Made by a program: the position numbers and the translations under genes. From NCBI RefSeq assembly GCF_001186125.1, contig NW_014040490.1, forward strand, positions 68,362 through 129,166: 60,805 bases of DNA, given 5' to 3'. The stretch comes from Sphaeroforma arctica JP610. Its lineage: Eukaryota. Every line of letters begins with the position of its first letter. The first letter of the stretch is position 1. Positions 29,104 through 42,498 of this stretch are shown in pieces. Below the pieces are notes generated by a model. It was not told the origin of the DNA. It saw only the letters and a program-made list of their open reading frames with translations, and made no database searches.

Positions 29104-30232
29104 ATTGTGTGCAAGATACGTCTCACTACTACTGCAGTCTCGACAACTGCGGAGTTAGTATACTATATAATATCTTTCCTATACGGATATTTATAAATAT
29201 CAGTCTAAAAGGGATAATGGCCACTATCTCGCCTCAGTAGTGAGCATCAATGAGCTTGCTTTTTTCCCTCATTATCGTTTCTTTCCATAAAAATTAAATA
29301 ATATCTGTACAGAAAAATGGTTCCATGTCGGTGATGTCACACGACATACAGACTACAGACTACAGTCACAACTCGATAGTGGTTTGTAGTGGATATGGCA
29401 AAGAAGCTTCATGTTCTGGACTTCCGACTCCGAATCCAGTACTCGTAACTCGACTAGCAACAACTACAACCTCATTTATGTTTATTAAAAAAAAAGAATA
29501 TTCAGATAAAGTGAATATCCACGACAAAGGAAATAAGGTTGTGATGATCTCCTATAAAGAACGAGTGTATTCGGAAACAGTACGGCCGTGACCATTCCGT
29601 TCATGCCTGTTTAAGTCCAGTTATTGAAAACTGTTCCAATCACTAGACTACAGGAGACGTTGACTTCGAAGGTCTTCTAGTTATAATCACTCTCTGTCGA
29701 TTGCACTTAATAAATTAACACACACTCTTAGGCCACACTGCAATAAACTTCCACGATTCGGTCAAGAAATTTCTCATCACCCATACCGTATATTAATGAA
29801 TAAAGTTACAGATTGTTGGGAAGAAAATATAGATCAGGCGACAGTGGAGGACGTGACTCAGGAAACGGTAATTGCCTAATATAACTGACCCATTTTTTTA
29901 TAGTTGTGTATGCCTCTATGGTCATTGTAGTTGCTCGAGACGAGAAAGATTGGTACGTACATGATGATACATCAACACAATACACATTGCTGATACAAAA
30001 AAAGCCATGTATGTTATTTTTAGATATATTATATGTATTAAATTCTCACGTGACAATTTGATTAGTACTATTTTGTCACCTAAAAGCACAGCAGAACCTT
30101 GTTTATTTTATTGTAAAAATTCCCACTTTAACTTGTACAAAGTTTGACATATTGCACAGATTCGAACAACACCTCTATGTGAAGACGTATGGTAAATGCG
30201 TTAGTGGGTGGTGAAAGCCTAGGATACACAGG

Positions 30233-31290
30233 ATGGCGGAAAAACGAAAGCTGCAAGGTGGGTCCTGTTGCTTCCGGCTTCGTACGCATTATTCTCTGTA
30301 TTGTTTTAGCGAACTCGATGGTTTGGACGCAGCTGAGTCGGCGTCGTAGGGCCCGACCACTAAGTTTACACTTTGTGTCCAACTGACGAAGTTATCTTTA
30401 TTCTGTAGATATACTCTTTTGTGTGCAATCGACGACGTTCTCTTTATCCTGTGGATAAAAACGTGTCGATTACGATATCATAAATTGAATTATGGTGTAG
30501 CCAAACACTAAGCAACATAATTACTGAAAGGCGAGCTTAGATCTGTAGGAGGCACGCATTCAACCACTCACATGTGTTCGTCCCCGTCTATATCACTAGT
30601 TTACATAAAGAGCAAGTGCAAAGCGCACACGCCACAGCTAGATAAAACTGCAATGAAACTACTATGTATACACTTTTTAGTGGTATTGAAATACCAGAGC
30701 TCGAATGTCGGTAGTAATTTTCAAACTGCCGCGATGAATATACTTTATGTCGCATTCGTCGTGACCTCCGGTTTGACTCGCCTGTATTATTTTCAACAGC
30801 GGAAATCGAGCGTGTGCTCAAAAAGGTAAGCGAGGGTGTCGAGGAGTTCGAGGCCATGTGGGATAAGGTGCACAGTGCTAATACCCCGAGTCAGAAGGAA
30901 AAATATGAGGTGTGTACCAATTAAAACCATGTACTTTGTACTGATGTCCATAGTGCGTTGCGACTCTAGTACACTTTCACTTCTATCACATAGGTATGTA
31001 CTCAGACTTACTCAGGCTGACTGCAGCCATTAACAGCTTATTTCAACTGATTTAGAAGTCTTGTTGCCGCGTGTACGCCCATACTAACGTTGTCGATGTC
31101 GTCGTGTCTTCTTCTGTTTCAAATTTGTCAGAGTACTAAGTGCTCTGCCGCTTTCCACACCATGCGTTTGTAGTCAATCCATTTCATAGTAAGCTCTACT
31201 CTCCACCGAACAAGTAACATACAATGCATGTATGCACATTATAAATTTGTCGAATACATGTATCACACACACTCACAAACACACACAACG

Positions 31291-31340
<50 letters not shown>

Positions 31341-33564
31341 NNNNNNNNNNNNNNNNNNNNTATATATTTATATATATATATCTCGATGCGTTAACGGGGG
31401 CGATGTTTATCTGTGGTCGTGGCTCGTATCGTTACTGAAATGGTCTTTATTTTGTTCTGTATCGAAGGCGGATCTGAAGAAAGAGATTAAGAAGTTGCAG
31501 CGGCTTCGAGATCAGATTAAAACATGGCTTACTTCGAACGATATCAAGGACAAAACAGAGCTGATGAAGAATCGGCGTCTAATTGAAAAGCAGATGGAAC
31601 GATTTAAGGTATTATAATGTCCTCGACCGTATACGAAGTTACACTAGATAGAATGGTGATCACTAATTTAGTGTACGAATGCACACATGTTTTACTATTT
31701 TTCATCCTTTATCCTTTCATCCTATTTGCGGCTCGTTTGCACCAACCTCAAAATAGGTGGTGGAGAGGGAAACAAAAACGAAGGCCTTCTCGAAAGAGGG
31801 CTTGATGAACGCAGCCAGGTTGGACCCTGCAGAAAAGAAGAAGAATGAGGCTCGAGAATGGATTAATGGTTGCACAACCAATCTTACAACCCAGGTATGG
31901 ATTGCTTAGTTAGCCATACATTTGATTGTGACTCGCTATTTTTCTTTCTTTCTGAATTGCTGATGGATTGAGTCACACCTTTCTACAGATCGATACGTTT
32001 GAAGCGGAGATCGAAAGTATGTCTGGTAAGAAGAAACGCAAAGGTCAGGATAGCGAGCGTAAGGTACAATTGGAAGAGTACATCAGCAACCACAAGGAAC
32101 ACGAAAGGAAGTTAGAAATTGTGCTGCGTCTACTTGATAATGGCACTATCGAACCAGAAGCGGTAAGCATTCACTACTGTACAGTTTCATGTACTTTTGG
32201 ATACTCGCACACTGAGCGTATTGTTGAGTCTTTGCTCGTCGTTATGCCATAGTGGATTTGTATTTAAAAATTCGTTTGCATGCGTGTGCATGAGAAACGA
32301 GAGTCGCATTTCAGCACGTGCCCATGTGTTTACCTGAATTGCCTTTTCCATCCATGACCCCCATGGACACGCCCTTTTGTGATTATGTTGGTCTGCACTA
32401 GTATACTGAAACGCCGTCTCGCTATGTTCATCCCGAAGCTCGACGATATCAAGGAAGACGTCGAATTCTATATCTCCGACAATCAAGATCCGGACTATGA
32501 AGAAAACGAGTATATTTATGATGCTTTACCGGTGGATCTAGAAGAATATGAGGAAGACGTAGGAAGGGCAGAGCCAGAACCGGTTGTGGTGCTGGACCCC
32601 AAAGCACAGAAGAAAAAGGTGTGAGAAATGTGTGCAGTATCCGAGGATCGCCTTGTATCTTTATTTTTTCGTTCTGTCATTTTGTGTAGTTTACACCTCG
32701 CGATTTTATGTGAGATTTGTGCTAGTCAGATACAGTGCCAAGTGGAGGACAGTTTGTGTGATTGTCTATGTCATAATTTAGTTCTTTTATCACGGGATCG
32801 CGAGAAATTGTCCCTTTATTTTGTATGTCGATATTGGTATTGATGTAGTACTTTTACCACAGACAGTGTGAAAACAATACGTCCTGTGTGTCTATTCACG
32901 CAATGAATGCAATGCATCTACCACAGGATCGCGAGAAAAAGAAAGAAGAGGAGGCAGAGGCGGCGGGAGCTTCTGCTGCGACGGCTGAGGAGAAGAAGGA
33001 AGCACGCATGTCCGCATCATCCAGCACCAGTGAAGCTGAACCACGCAGCTCTATAGGCGCGAGTCCGACGAAAGTTGGGTCCATGCCAGCATCTCGCACT
33101 AGCTCGACGGTTGAGAAGTCTGCTACACACGGAGAGGCCAAGAAGGTGCTGATTGCGGATCAGCCAAAGGGTCCCCCGAGTTTCCCGGGTGCCGCGCATG
33201 AACCAGCCAGTAAGTTTGGATATACAAAGAAAGGAGCGTAGTGTTTTCCGTGGTTTCGAAACGACCGTAAATTAGCGTGGACTTATATTGAATGGGTTAT
33301 ATATGGAAAGTGCTCGTGTGTATTTATTTATGTCTTTATTATTGCCTATTCTTGCAGCTCGTCAAGTAAGCGCGTCGCCATGGCAGGGCTCAAACATAGT
33401 TGATCAAATTAGTACAGGACCACAACAACAAGCAGCTGATGGCAAGAGTTCACAAGAACAAGAACAACACCAACAACAACTGCAGCAACAGCAACATGCT
33501 CAACAAATGCAACAACAACTACAACATCAACAAATACAGCAACAACAACATATACAGCAACAGC

Positions 33565-33595
<31 letters not shown>

Positions 33596-33710
33596 GCAGC
33601 AGCAACAGCAGCAGCAGCATCAACTGATACAACAGCAGCAACTGCAACAGCAAAAGCAACAGCAGCTGCAACAGCAACAAATACAGCAACAGCAGCAACA
33701 ACAACAGCAA

Positions 33711-33748
<38 letters not shown>

Positions 33749-35688
33749 ACAACAACAGCCACCGTTGCAACAACGAAATGCACAACCGCCCGTACCGCAG
33801 CGTGTGCCGTCAGGACCTCCGTATCCGGGACATTCACTCCCCTTTGGAATTGGTGGTGGGTTCGCCGGGGTAGGAGGCAATCTCAATGGAGCTGTTTCGG
33901 CTTCTCAAACTAATGATGGTATGTCACTGTTGATATCTGTGTTTGCTCGGTTATCATGTATACTGACTGCTTGTAAAGTTCTGTTATCGCTGTTAGTGAT
34001 TATAGTCTAGCGGTTATATAGATTGCGGCCTGGGTGTGTCAGTCACGCTTGGCGATTACGCGTATTGCAGTCTCGATACTACTTTATCGCTCAGTGGCAT
34101 GAAGACGCCCGCGTTTGCTGTCGCGAATTTGTTCACTCAGATACTCACTGCTGCATGTGCATCTTCCAATTTCGCCACGTGTGATAGGAAAGAATGTCAA
34201 TGGGGAGTGTATTTTCTGAGGTATCAGGAAATTTGGTTTTCTAATTCAGCTTATTTCGAACTTTTTCCATGTTAGCTATGATGAGAGCATTGCAGGAGAG
34301 CATGGAAACCTGCCCGACGGCGACAGATTCACAGAGGTATGCATTGACGTACATAGTAAGAACTCGCGCATATGTCAAAGTGTGTTTCTGATGTTAAGCT
34401 TTGTGTTGTATAACTGGTTTTTTGTGTGTGCAGGTCAATAGATAGATACAAATAGATACTCGCATATAGAGTTACTATAGGGATATAATATTTCACCGTT
34501 ACGATTCACCACATGACATCACGGTATATATATATAGTAATGCAGACAAATGTACACAAGGTCTTAGAATTTTTTCGCAAATTAACTCACACACAACTAT
34601 TAGTACAAGGACACGTGATTGTATGTACCTACAGTACCTCTATACACAGTTACACGCAGCACTCCTTACCTGTCATGGGCATATATATTTTTATTCTATA
34701 TGCATAAATATATATATTCATATATATATATATATATATGTATATATCCTATCTATATCTATAACTTCATCTAGATCTATATCTATATCTATATCTATAT
34801 ATCCATATATATATATATATATATACTACNNNNNNNNNNNNNNNNNNNNNATGTAAGTATGTATGTAAGTATGTATGTATGTATGCATATATATATATAT
34901 ATAATAAATATATTATATATATATGTATATATATATATATGTTTGTATGCATGTTTGTATGTATGTATCGTTCAGTGTACGTAGCTTGGGATATGCCAAT
35001 AATACAAGTCAACACATGAAGCCTAACCCACAAAATTGCGCCTTTCGTCGAAAATGGATGCTAGAAAATATAATCTGCACTCTGACTCCAAAACTATCAG
35101 GACTTCGAAGTATGTCGCTATCAATCCGGTGGTCGCATCTCCCAACTATCCCTCTGAACCGGCTGGCATATTCGACAATCCTGCCATCTATGAGAAGCTG
35201 GAAACGGACACATTATTCTTTATCTTCTACTTCCAGCCGGGGACATACCAACAGTAAGTTATATACTATGCATCTTCTATTTTATGTTCCGATAGATTTC
35301 ACCAAAATATTAGTATTTTAGACTTGCATAGCTAATCCGTTGCTGCTCGTAATCCAACAGATATCTTGCTGCCCGTGAGCTCAAGAAGCAATCGTGGAGG
35401 TTCCACAAACGATACTCCACTTGGTTCCAACGGCATGAGGAGCCCAAATCGATCACAGAAGAATACGAACAAGGTATGTGCGCGTCTGTAATAGTTGCGT
35501 ATCATCTCGTAAACCATTGCGTATATCCGATTTTATTAATATTCTCTTGGTCTTTGTGATTTTCATATTTCTCATAACGCTTTGCAGGTACATATGTTTA
35601 TTTCGACTACGAAACGGGGTGGTGTCAGCGCAAAAAAACAGATTTCACGTTCGAATATAGATATCTCGAGGATCAGGACCTGCCGTGA
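30233..35688 (+). CDS. CNOT3: CCR4-NOT complex subunit 3 (Not3/Not5), with a central poly-Q tract
   Basis: [32 protein letters not shown]...[26 protein letters not shown]...[21 protein letters not shown] (Not3 N domain). The C-terminal NOT box reads [47 protein letters not shown]...[33 protein letters not shown]. Confidence 0.97.
33451..33760 (+). repeat. CAA/CAG trinucleotide repeat encoding a poly-glutamine tract in CNOT3
   Basis: Mixed CAA/CAG codons in the CNOT3 reading frame. Confidence 0.95.
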
Positions 35689-36384
35689 GAAATGAATTAC
35701 CGTATCAAGATGAACCACGGCTCGCTGGATCCTATTACATTTAGGCATATCGTTGTGTAGTTGCAGCTCGTAAGACCAGATTATGTTTATCTGACGGTGA
35801 GAAACGTCGTCTCGGCAGTTTTAAACATTGTATGCCTTCGGACTACTGTCCTGTCCTTTGTGAAAGCCAATACATATTGTCTGACTATCGCGGCTTGGCA
35901 AGCTCTGAGATTCGGTCCTGCTAGATTCACTCTGCAGTGTCTTTACAGTAGTGACAGTTTCAATGGACACACTCGGACGGACTTTCAACCTTTACTAAGC
36001 GACACCTGGAGATACTCTCATACATACAGATATTTAGCAACGGCCGCCAACCCATCGTTTCTGCAGTGTAGATGAGTGTAACATTCAGACGTCAGAGAAC
36101 CTAGCCCTTTATTCATATGGCAGACGGAAGTAAGACTGCCATGGTCTAAAGTTCAACTTAGTGCAACGCAACGTACCTTCCAGGGCGCGCGCTCGGTATC
36201 AAGCAGTGGTGGTACAGTATACGCGATTTATTTCTTCTGTCGCTTGTTCGCGCCGCCACCGGTGCCGCTGGAGTAATAAACAATTTGAAAAAGTGAAAAT
36301 CGATTGCGCTGTGGTAATAGCAATGTTTCGCAAGATGCACCCATAGTTGAACAGACAAAGAAAAAGTAAACGAGAAGTAGACAA

Positions 36385-39300
36385 TCATACACACCGAAGT
36401 TTTGCTTTCCGAGTGACGATTCCTTCCAATACTATGGGCTCTGGAAGCTCAATAGACTTTACAGTATCGCTGGGTGTGGTCCCTTCGCCAACACTCCCCG
36501 TTAACAGCTTTCTAGCCTCGACAGGGGGGTATTTGTGGCCATTTTTGGGATTGTATCCCACGGCCAGAGTGACATGCATTGGGGGTTCTGCACACTCTCT
36601 TAGCCACTCAGGCATTGACTCGGGGTCTACGATTAAGGCTGCGGCCTTGGACGAGTACGATATCCTTGAGCAGGCAATCGATACCTTAGAACCCGACCTT
36701 TGCAGCAGGTGATTATCCCTCTCCTCAAGCGCAGGTGATACGTCATTCGTCATAAACAACAAGGTCACATGGAATGAGGGCTGTATACAGTACCGCTCCA
36801 CCGGTAGGGCATCGGCGGATGTGGCAGTCTGCATGGGAGACTCGGTTGCGGGAGTTGAAGAGGCTGTACTACTTTCAAGGCGTGGCCATGCAATAGTCCG
36901 TATCAGATTTTGCCCGGACTCTGATATTTGCAGGGACCACGTCAGAGTGGTCGTGTGCTCACAGTTCTGGTCATTCAGTTTAGCCTCGAACTCTTTCGCC
37001 TGCGCCAGGGCCGAGGCCACTTCGCTATCATCCGGGATGTCACGTTCAAGCAACTGTGCGTTAGCCAGCTCTGTCAGTATTAACTTACACGCCTCCGTTG
37101 GATTCAATAGAATGCTTACGTTGATCACGGCAACCGCTTCGTTTCGCTCCTGCTGAGATAGGGGTGTCCATTCACTTTCGAAACGCGCAAACGCTTGATT
37201 TAATATAGGTCCTTCAAATAAGGTTCTGTGTCCGAATTCACGTTTCTCAATACGTTCCCGTGCAACGGCAAGGGTGTGATCGATGTTAGGCGAGTCTAGG
37301 TCGTCTGGGTGCAGGAACACGATATACACCAGAGACATTATGCTTTTCAGCGCTCGTCGCATCCCGTTGCGGACGTTAAAATTGTGGTGGCACTTGTCCG
37401 CTATGACACCCTGCGGCACCTTCCGCTGGGTTGTATCGGTGAGGGCTGAGTGGTATCTGCTCGCTTTCATGTTGAGCTCGTCTTGGTTGACCCATGGTAA
37501 CGCAAGAAGGGTGCTCAACGCGCGGGCCTGTGTCGACTTACCTGTGCCCGGTATGCCCATCATAGCCACTTGCAGTTGCGGTTTTCCGATCGGCATTTCA
37601 GTCTGAAGGGAGAAATATATCTGTGTGACTACATGCTTTGAAAGATAAAGACTGAAGCGACAGCAACGAATGCAGAAGACAACTGGACATCTAACAGTTC
37701 CGTTTACCGTACACACCTCCAACCAGCGCAGCGCGGTTGCTATATGCTCGGCTGACGCACTCTTAAACGAGTTCATACAATCATACCAAAAAGCAAACAC
37801 CTTTTCCCACGTGGAGGACTTCTCCACTTCCACCCGATACCTGATGGCAGTATTTGTTGCGCACAGATGAATTCAAGTACGGTGGTAAGGTATTCACTGA
37901 TGACATATAATATTACTCATGACGGTCAAGTGATAGATGAGTGTAAGCTCTCAACGGTTTGTGGATGTTAAATCAAAGACGGAAGGCAAACAGAGATTAG
38001 AGGTTTACCTGCAATACGCATAGAACTCGGAGGCCTCCTGCACAAACGCATCGATGTTGGGATGCGGCAGGTACATTTCCGAGCTCAATCGCTTTCGTAA
38101 GCGAGACAATGGCGCTCTATGGGTGAGTTATACAATAAGCCAAAATTAACAGATACTAAATTCAAAATTGACAATTACTGAATTCAATAAAAATATAACT
38201 GAAGGTGATTGATTCAACAGGCGACCACATATATCAAACGCAGAGCTTGATCGATTACCTTGCGCGCATTAGCTCTCGAACGGCCCTCCAATAGACATAC
38301 CAAGTATTCTTATATTTGTAGATAAAAGTAGTTTTCCCACCTGTATGTGCCATGGTAGGAACAATTTTTAATACCTTCGCCGGAGTTTACACGAAAGATA
38401 TCCGAAATCCCGTCCGCCATGCACAAGGTCAACATTCGCCCTTCAGAAGACGGGTATGTATCGAATGAAAGACGTATTTGAAATAAAACGAAGGCACTGC
38501 TCATACCATTCTGGGCAGTAGAGGAGACACCGTACACCACCGCACCCTCAGAGTTCTCTCGGTATCGAGCGGAATTGTAAGCCTCCTCCACAGCCGCCTT
38601 GTCCGACACAGCACATTGTGTAACATGCGGTACTACCCCAAGACCCCACTGCTGCAGCAACTCCAGACCGGCCACCGGCGACTGTACTGAGAGGAGGCCT
38701 TCGCTTTCAGGCCTCACGTCTACGATAACATAGAACTGCGAGTACACGTTGGAATGTGACGCTTGTTAGCTATTGTGGTGTATGTTGACGATGTCGACGG
38801 TGATTTCATTTTTCATTTAAAATGCTTCGCAATCAAGTAAGGGTCTATGAGTATACACTACGGGTTTTCGAACACCAGCTTCGGCCTTGTTAACGTACAT
38901 ACCTGCAGCCTGCGCACCGACTGTCCTTCTGCCTCGCTTCGGTCCATATATGACATATCCACAATATGCTGTGAATCAGAAAGGAAAACTTCTCCAACCA
39001 GGGTCGCCATATGTGTACAGAGATACAGCACTAACTGTTCCTTCTGCTGAGCGCTCATACGCCGAAGCTGGGTGTACCACTGCCGGGCTATCTTCAGAGT
39101 GTATGTGAATCGCAGGTTCTTGTAAATCTGAAGGAATGAAGTCAAAGACATATGATGTTAGAAGAAGGCAGGCTAGTGTACAAGTGCGCCCAGATTAATA
39201 GGGGCCTGGTGTATAGCAGGTCACACTGTGACTCAATATCTGTGACCACATGAACCTCAAAATTAAACTAACAAATAGAGATAACTTAATACCTACGCCT

Positions 39301-40908
39301 GTAGCGCCAAAATCGCACAATAATTACACACATGCTACGTATTCATACATACATGTTTGCATTGTAAATACGTATTAAGCTGACTAAATAAGTCTAGAGT
39401 GCAAATGGATATAACACACACCTCATGTTCAATATCGGCCTCGAAATTACAGTCTGTCGCAATCAGTGTTACGTTTTTACTGGCCACCATCCACACCAGC
39501 ACACCGTCAACCGTTACCGCCGATATCTTGGCATTTTCTCCATTGGCCTTCTCCATAAATACCAAATCCGTCACTTCCGCCGCAGCGCCCTTTAAGAAGT
39601 ATGCGCTCACATCCTTTTCTTCCCCGAATTTCTGCAGGCCTCTCAGCACGTAAACCAGTTCTCCGGTCTCGGCTGGCAGCGCTTGTTGGGCACTAGTACC
39701 CGACACATCCATGACCGCTGCACCTGGGTCAGAGCCAGCAGCCTCACTCGTGTTTAGTGTACTATCGCCGATGGGCTGATCTGCGTTGGTGAGGAAGCAG
39801 AGCCCTCGGGGCTGGGCCTGGGGCAGACCAGCGAATTTCTTGTACATGCGGTCGTCTACAGACCGAGAAGATACCTGTACGAGGCCAAGAGAGACGAGAT
39901 CACAACGAATGAGCGCTGGTACATAAGTGAAGTGAACACCACGTACACTTAACCGGCGAACACAGACAACAATACGACCATCCAGCTTTGATATTACCGG
40001 CACTAGCCCAGACTACCTGCAACGGGGGGGGAATAAAAGGGACTAGTTTGCGACAGTAAGCAATGGTCGGTAATATAAACAAGCGATAACACTAAAATGC
40101 AATTGAAACCATCTGCTAGTACTCATCTCCCCATTGCACCTCAGAGACGACTTGCGAATTGATGGTGAAAGGCACAAATACGCCCAGGTGTTCATACTGC
40201 TCCACACGGACACTCAGTTACAGTCAGAATTGCGGCCCAAAACATGCCGGTAAACAGGACATGTGATCAAATTGACCCTAATAAACTACTACACAGAATA
40301 TCATAACTTCATCATCATAGACCTATACATTAGCGAAAACCGTTGCGTCTTCACTTCCATCACATCATGTACAGATAGGCACTGCACATTGGTCATGGTC
40401 TAAGTATGTATGTTGCAGTATCAAAGGTCAGACACATACCTGACAGTCAGTTAGAACCAATGCAAACGACACTGGCATTTTAGTAGCTCCTGTTTATGGT
40501 TTACTGTCTGAGTATATATGTATAGCACAACATCAAGGTCACACGCCAAAACTTGATAGTCGGGCAAAATCAAAGGCCTTAAATTTAGTAGATGAGACAG
40601 ATTCTGCTTGCATACTCACCTTTTCACACCATTCAGAGATACGAACAGCACAGGCAATTTGGTAGGTTCAGTATATTGTCCACTGTCTGAGCATATGTGC
40701 ATACATACCACAGTAACAAAGTTTTAACTCCTACCTGACAATCGGTCAGAACCAGGGGTCGTACACCTTCCAGATGCGACACAGTGGTGTTGGTACGCCT
40801 GATTTCGCTGTTGAATTCGAAGTTTGCCTTTCGCAATGCATCTGCCCATGTAACAGCGCTGGCTGTCGGCGGAAGCCTGAGCTCAGGGCTCTCCATTGGG
40901 TCGTTCAT
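36385..40908 (-). CDS. TRL1: Trl1-like trifunctional RNA ligase / polynucleotide kinase / 2',3'-cyclic phosphodiesterase, ~870 aa (exons 40908-40735, 39874-39422, 39127-38903, 38735-38507, 38340-38259, 38116-38009, 37840-37717, 37602-36385)
   Basis: Ligase motifs: PRGL...RGLQKF, motif I EKANG, VASKN, LVGEV, motif IV EGAVV, motif V YKYK. Kinase: P-loop GIPGTGKST, VNQD, VIADKCHH, RIEKREFGHRTL. Phosphodiesterase: two 2H HxT motifs (FHVTL, MHVTL). The exons sum to 2613 nt in one frame. Confidence 0.88.
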
Positions 40909-41556
40909 TATTAATGATTGATGGATGGCGTATTTGTGAGTCCTATATTGACTACTAGATAATGTGTCTATTGTATTACGAATCTACTGGAAAGGATGGC
41001 ACGCGTGTATGAATTATATGAAGTTAAATTGAAGGATCGTAGTGTAGCGGATTTATATAGTTAGAATAAATAGTACAAGCAAGAGTCTTGAGCAGACTTC
41101 AAACTATCAAAACGCAGCTAGCACACTTATTCCCAATTGAAGATCCGGTCGATATTCTTCACAGTTGCATATACGTCTTCCAAACACAGCTACTGATAGG
41201 TCCTCCCTCTGCATGAACAATCCTAATACATATACATACTTCATATAAATATATAGCACAAAACGTGTGACGGTGACATATGTAGCTGTCACCGTAAATG
41301 TCACAGACAGTCCACTCGCCAGTCGCCACTCTCCCGAGTCCCCACTCCCCAGCAGCAGTGAGCCATGCAAAATTTGGAGATCTGCTCCGTTCGGCTTTTG
41401 TGTTTACTTTGTATTTGGTGTTTTAAAAACCGGGGCTGTTTTTTCGTCCGACGTCAGTATCTCTATCCGAATAGCTGCGAAAGATAATTCAGGTTGTAAC
41501 TCCAAACGTCGACCCTTCTGGCCACAGACAGTCTCAGCACAGTCTAGGAGGCGAAA

Positions 41557-42420
41557 ATGGTAAGCCTTAACCTCTTGCGATGAGATTGTGGAACATGAGA
41601 TGCTACTGAAGTAGTTACATTAGCCTGGTTTTGTAAACAAAACGCGGTCGGGTTACCAGCCTTTTCCTAATAATGGTGTTTGCTGTGTGCTTCATACTAA
41701 CTATGAGCATCGTAGTGAATTAGACATACAACGAGTAGATTCACGTACATCCATAAAACATCTATAAATGAGTATACGGACACTATCCACACATGCGCAA
41801 ACACATAGGTATACACGGGTACACACTTATACACACATCCAACTGCCGCACAAATGCACATATAGCATTAGTCACACATTCAACCCTGTCGTACTTCATC
41901 ATCTAATCGGTTTTTATCTCTGGTCTTTTATCATCGACAGAGTAAAGTGCTGAAGCTGTTGCTCAACTCAAACAATGCGAACTCAAATGCGGTTTCCATT
42001 GATTTAGATGATCTGGATCGGCGACTGAAACACGGGGCCGACCAAATACCCGTATACACAGACGGCGAACCAGTGAAAGGCACAGTCACAGTGCATGCGA
42101 AACCGGGAAAGACCATCGACCACTATGGCATACGAGTGGAGTTTGTAGGAGAGTGTGGTATGTAGGTTTATGTTTGGAATGAGGTTTCTCATTCTGTATG
42201 GATGGGTATTTATTTCTGGATACATCTGAATTCAGATCAGATGGGAAACCGTCAGCATTGCTGCATAGAAAAATAGTATATGCATGTATATATATACGTG
42301 TCTTACAACCTTCCACGATCGATTCTATTTGTGGTCGTTAAGAGAAAGTGTGTGCTCATTCGTATGTTTTGTGTATACATACAAGCAAACATTCATAATC
42401 GCACTACGAATTATGTTTTC

Positions 42421-42498
<78 letters not shown>

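Noticed and set aside
33400..33886. Poly-N, poly-L, poly-C and poly-V/A ORFs
   Set aside because: These are alternative frames and the antisense of the CNOT3 poly-Q exon.
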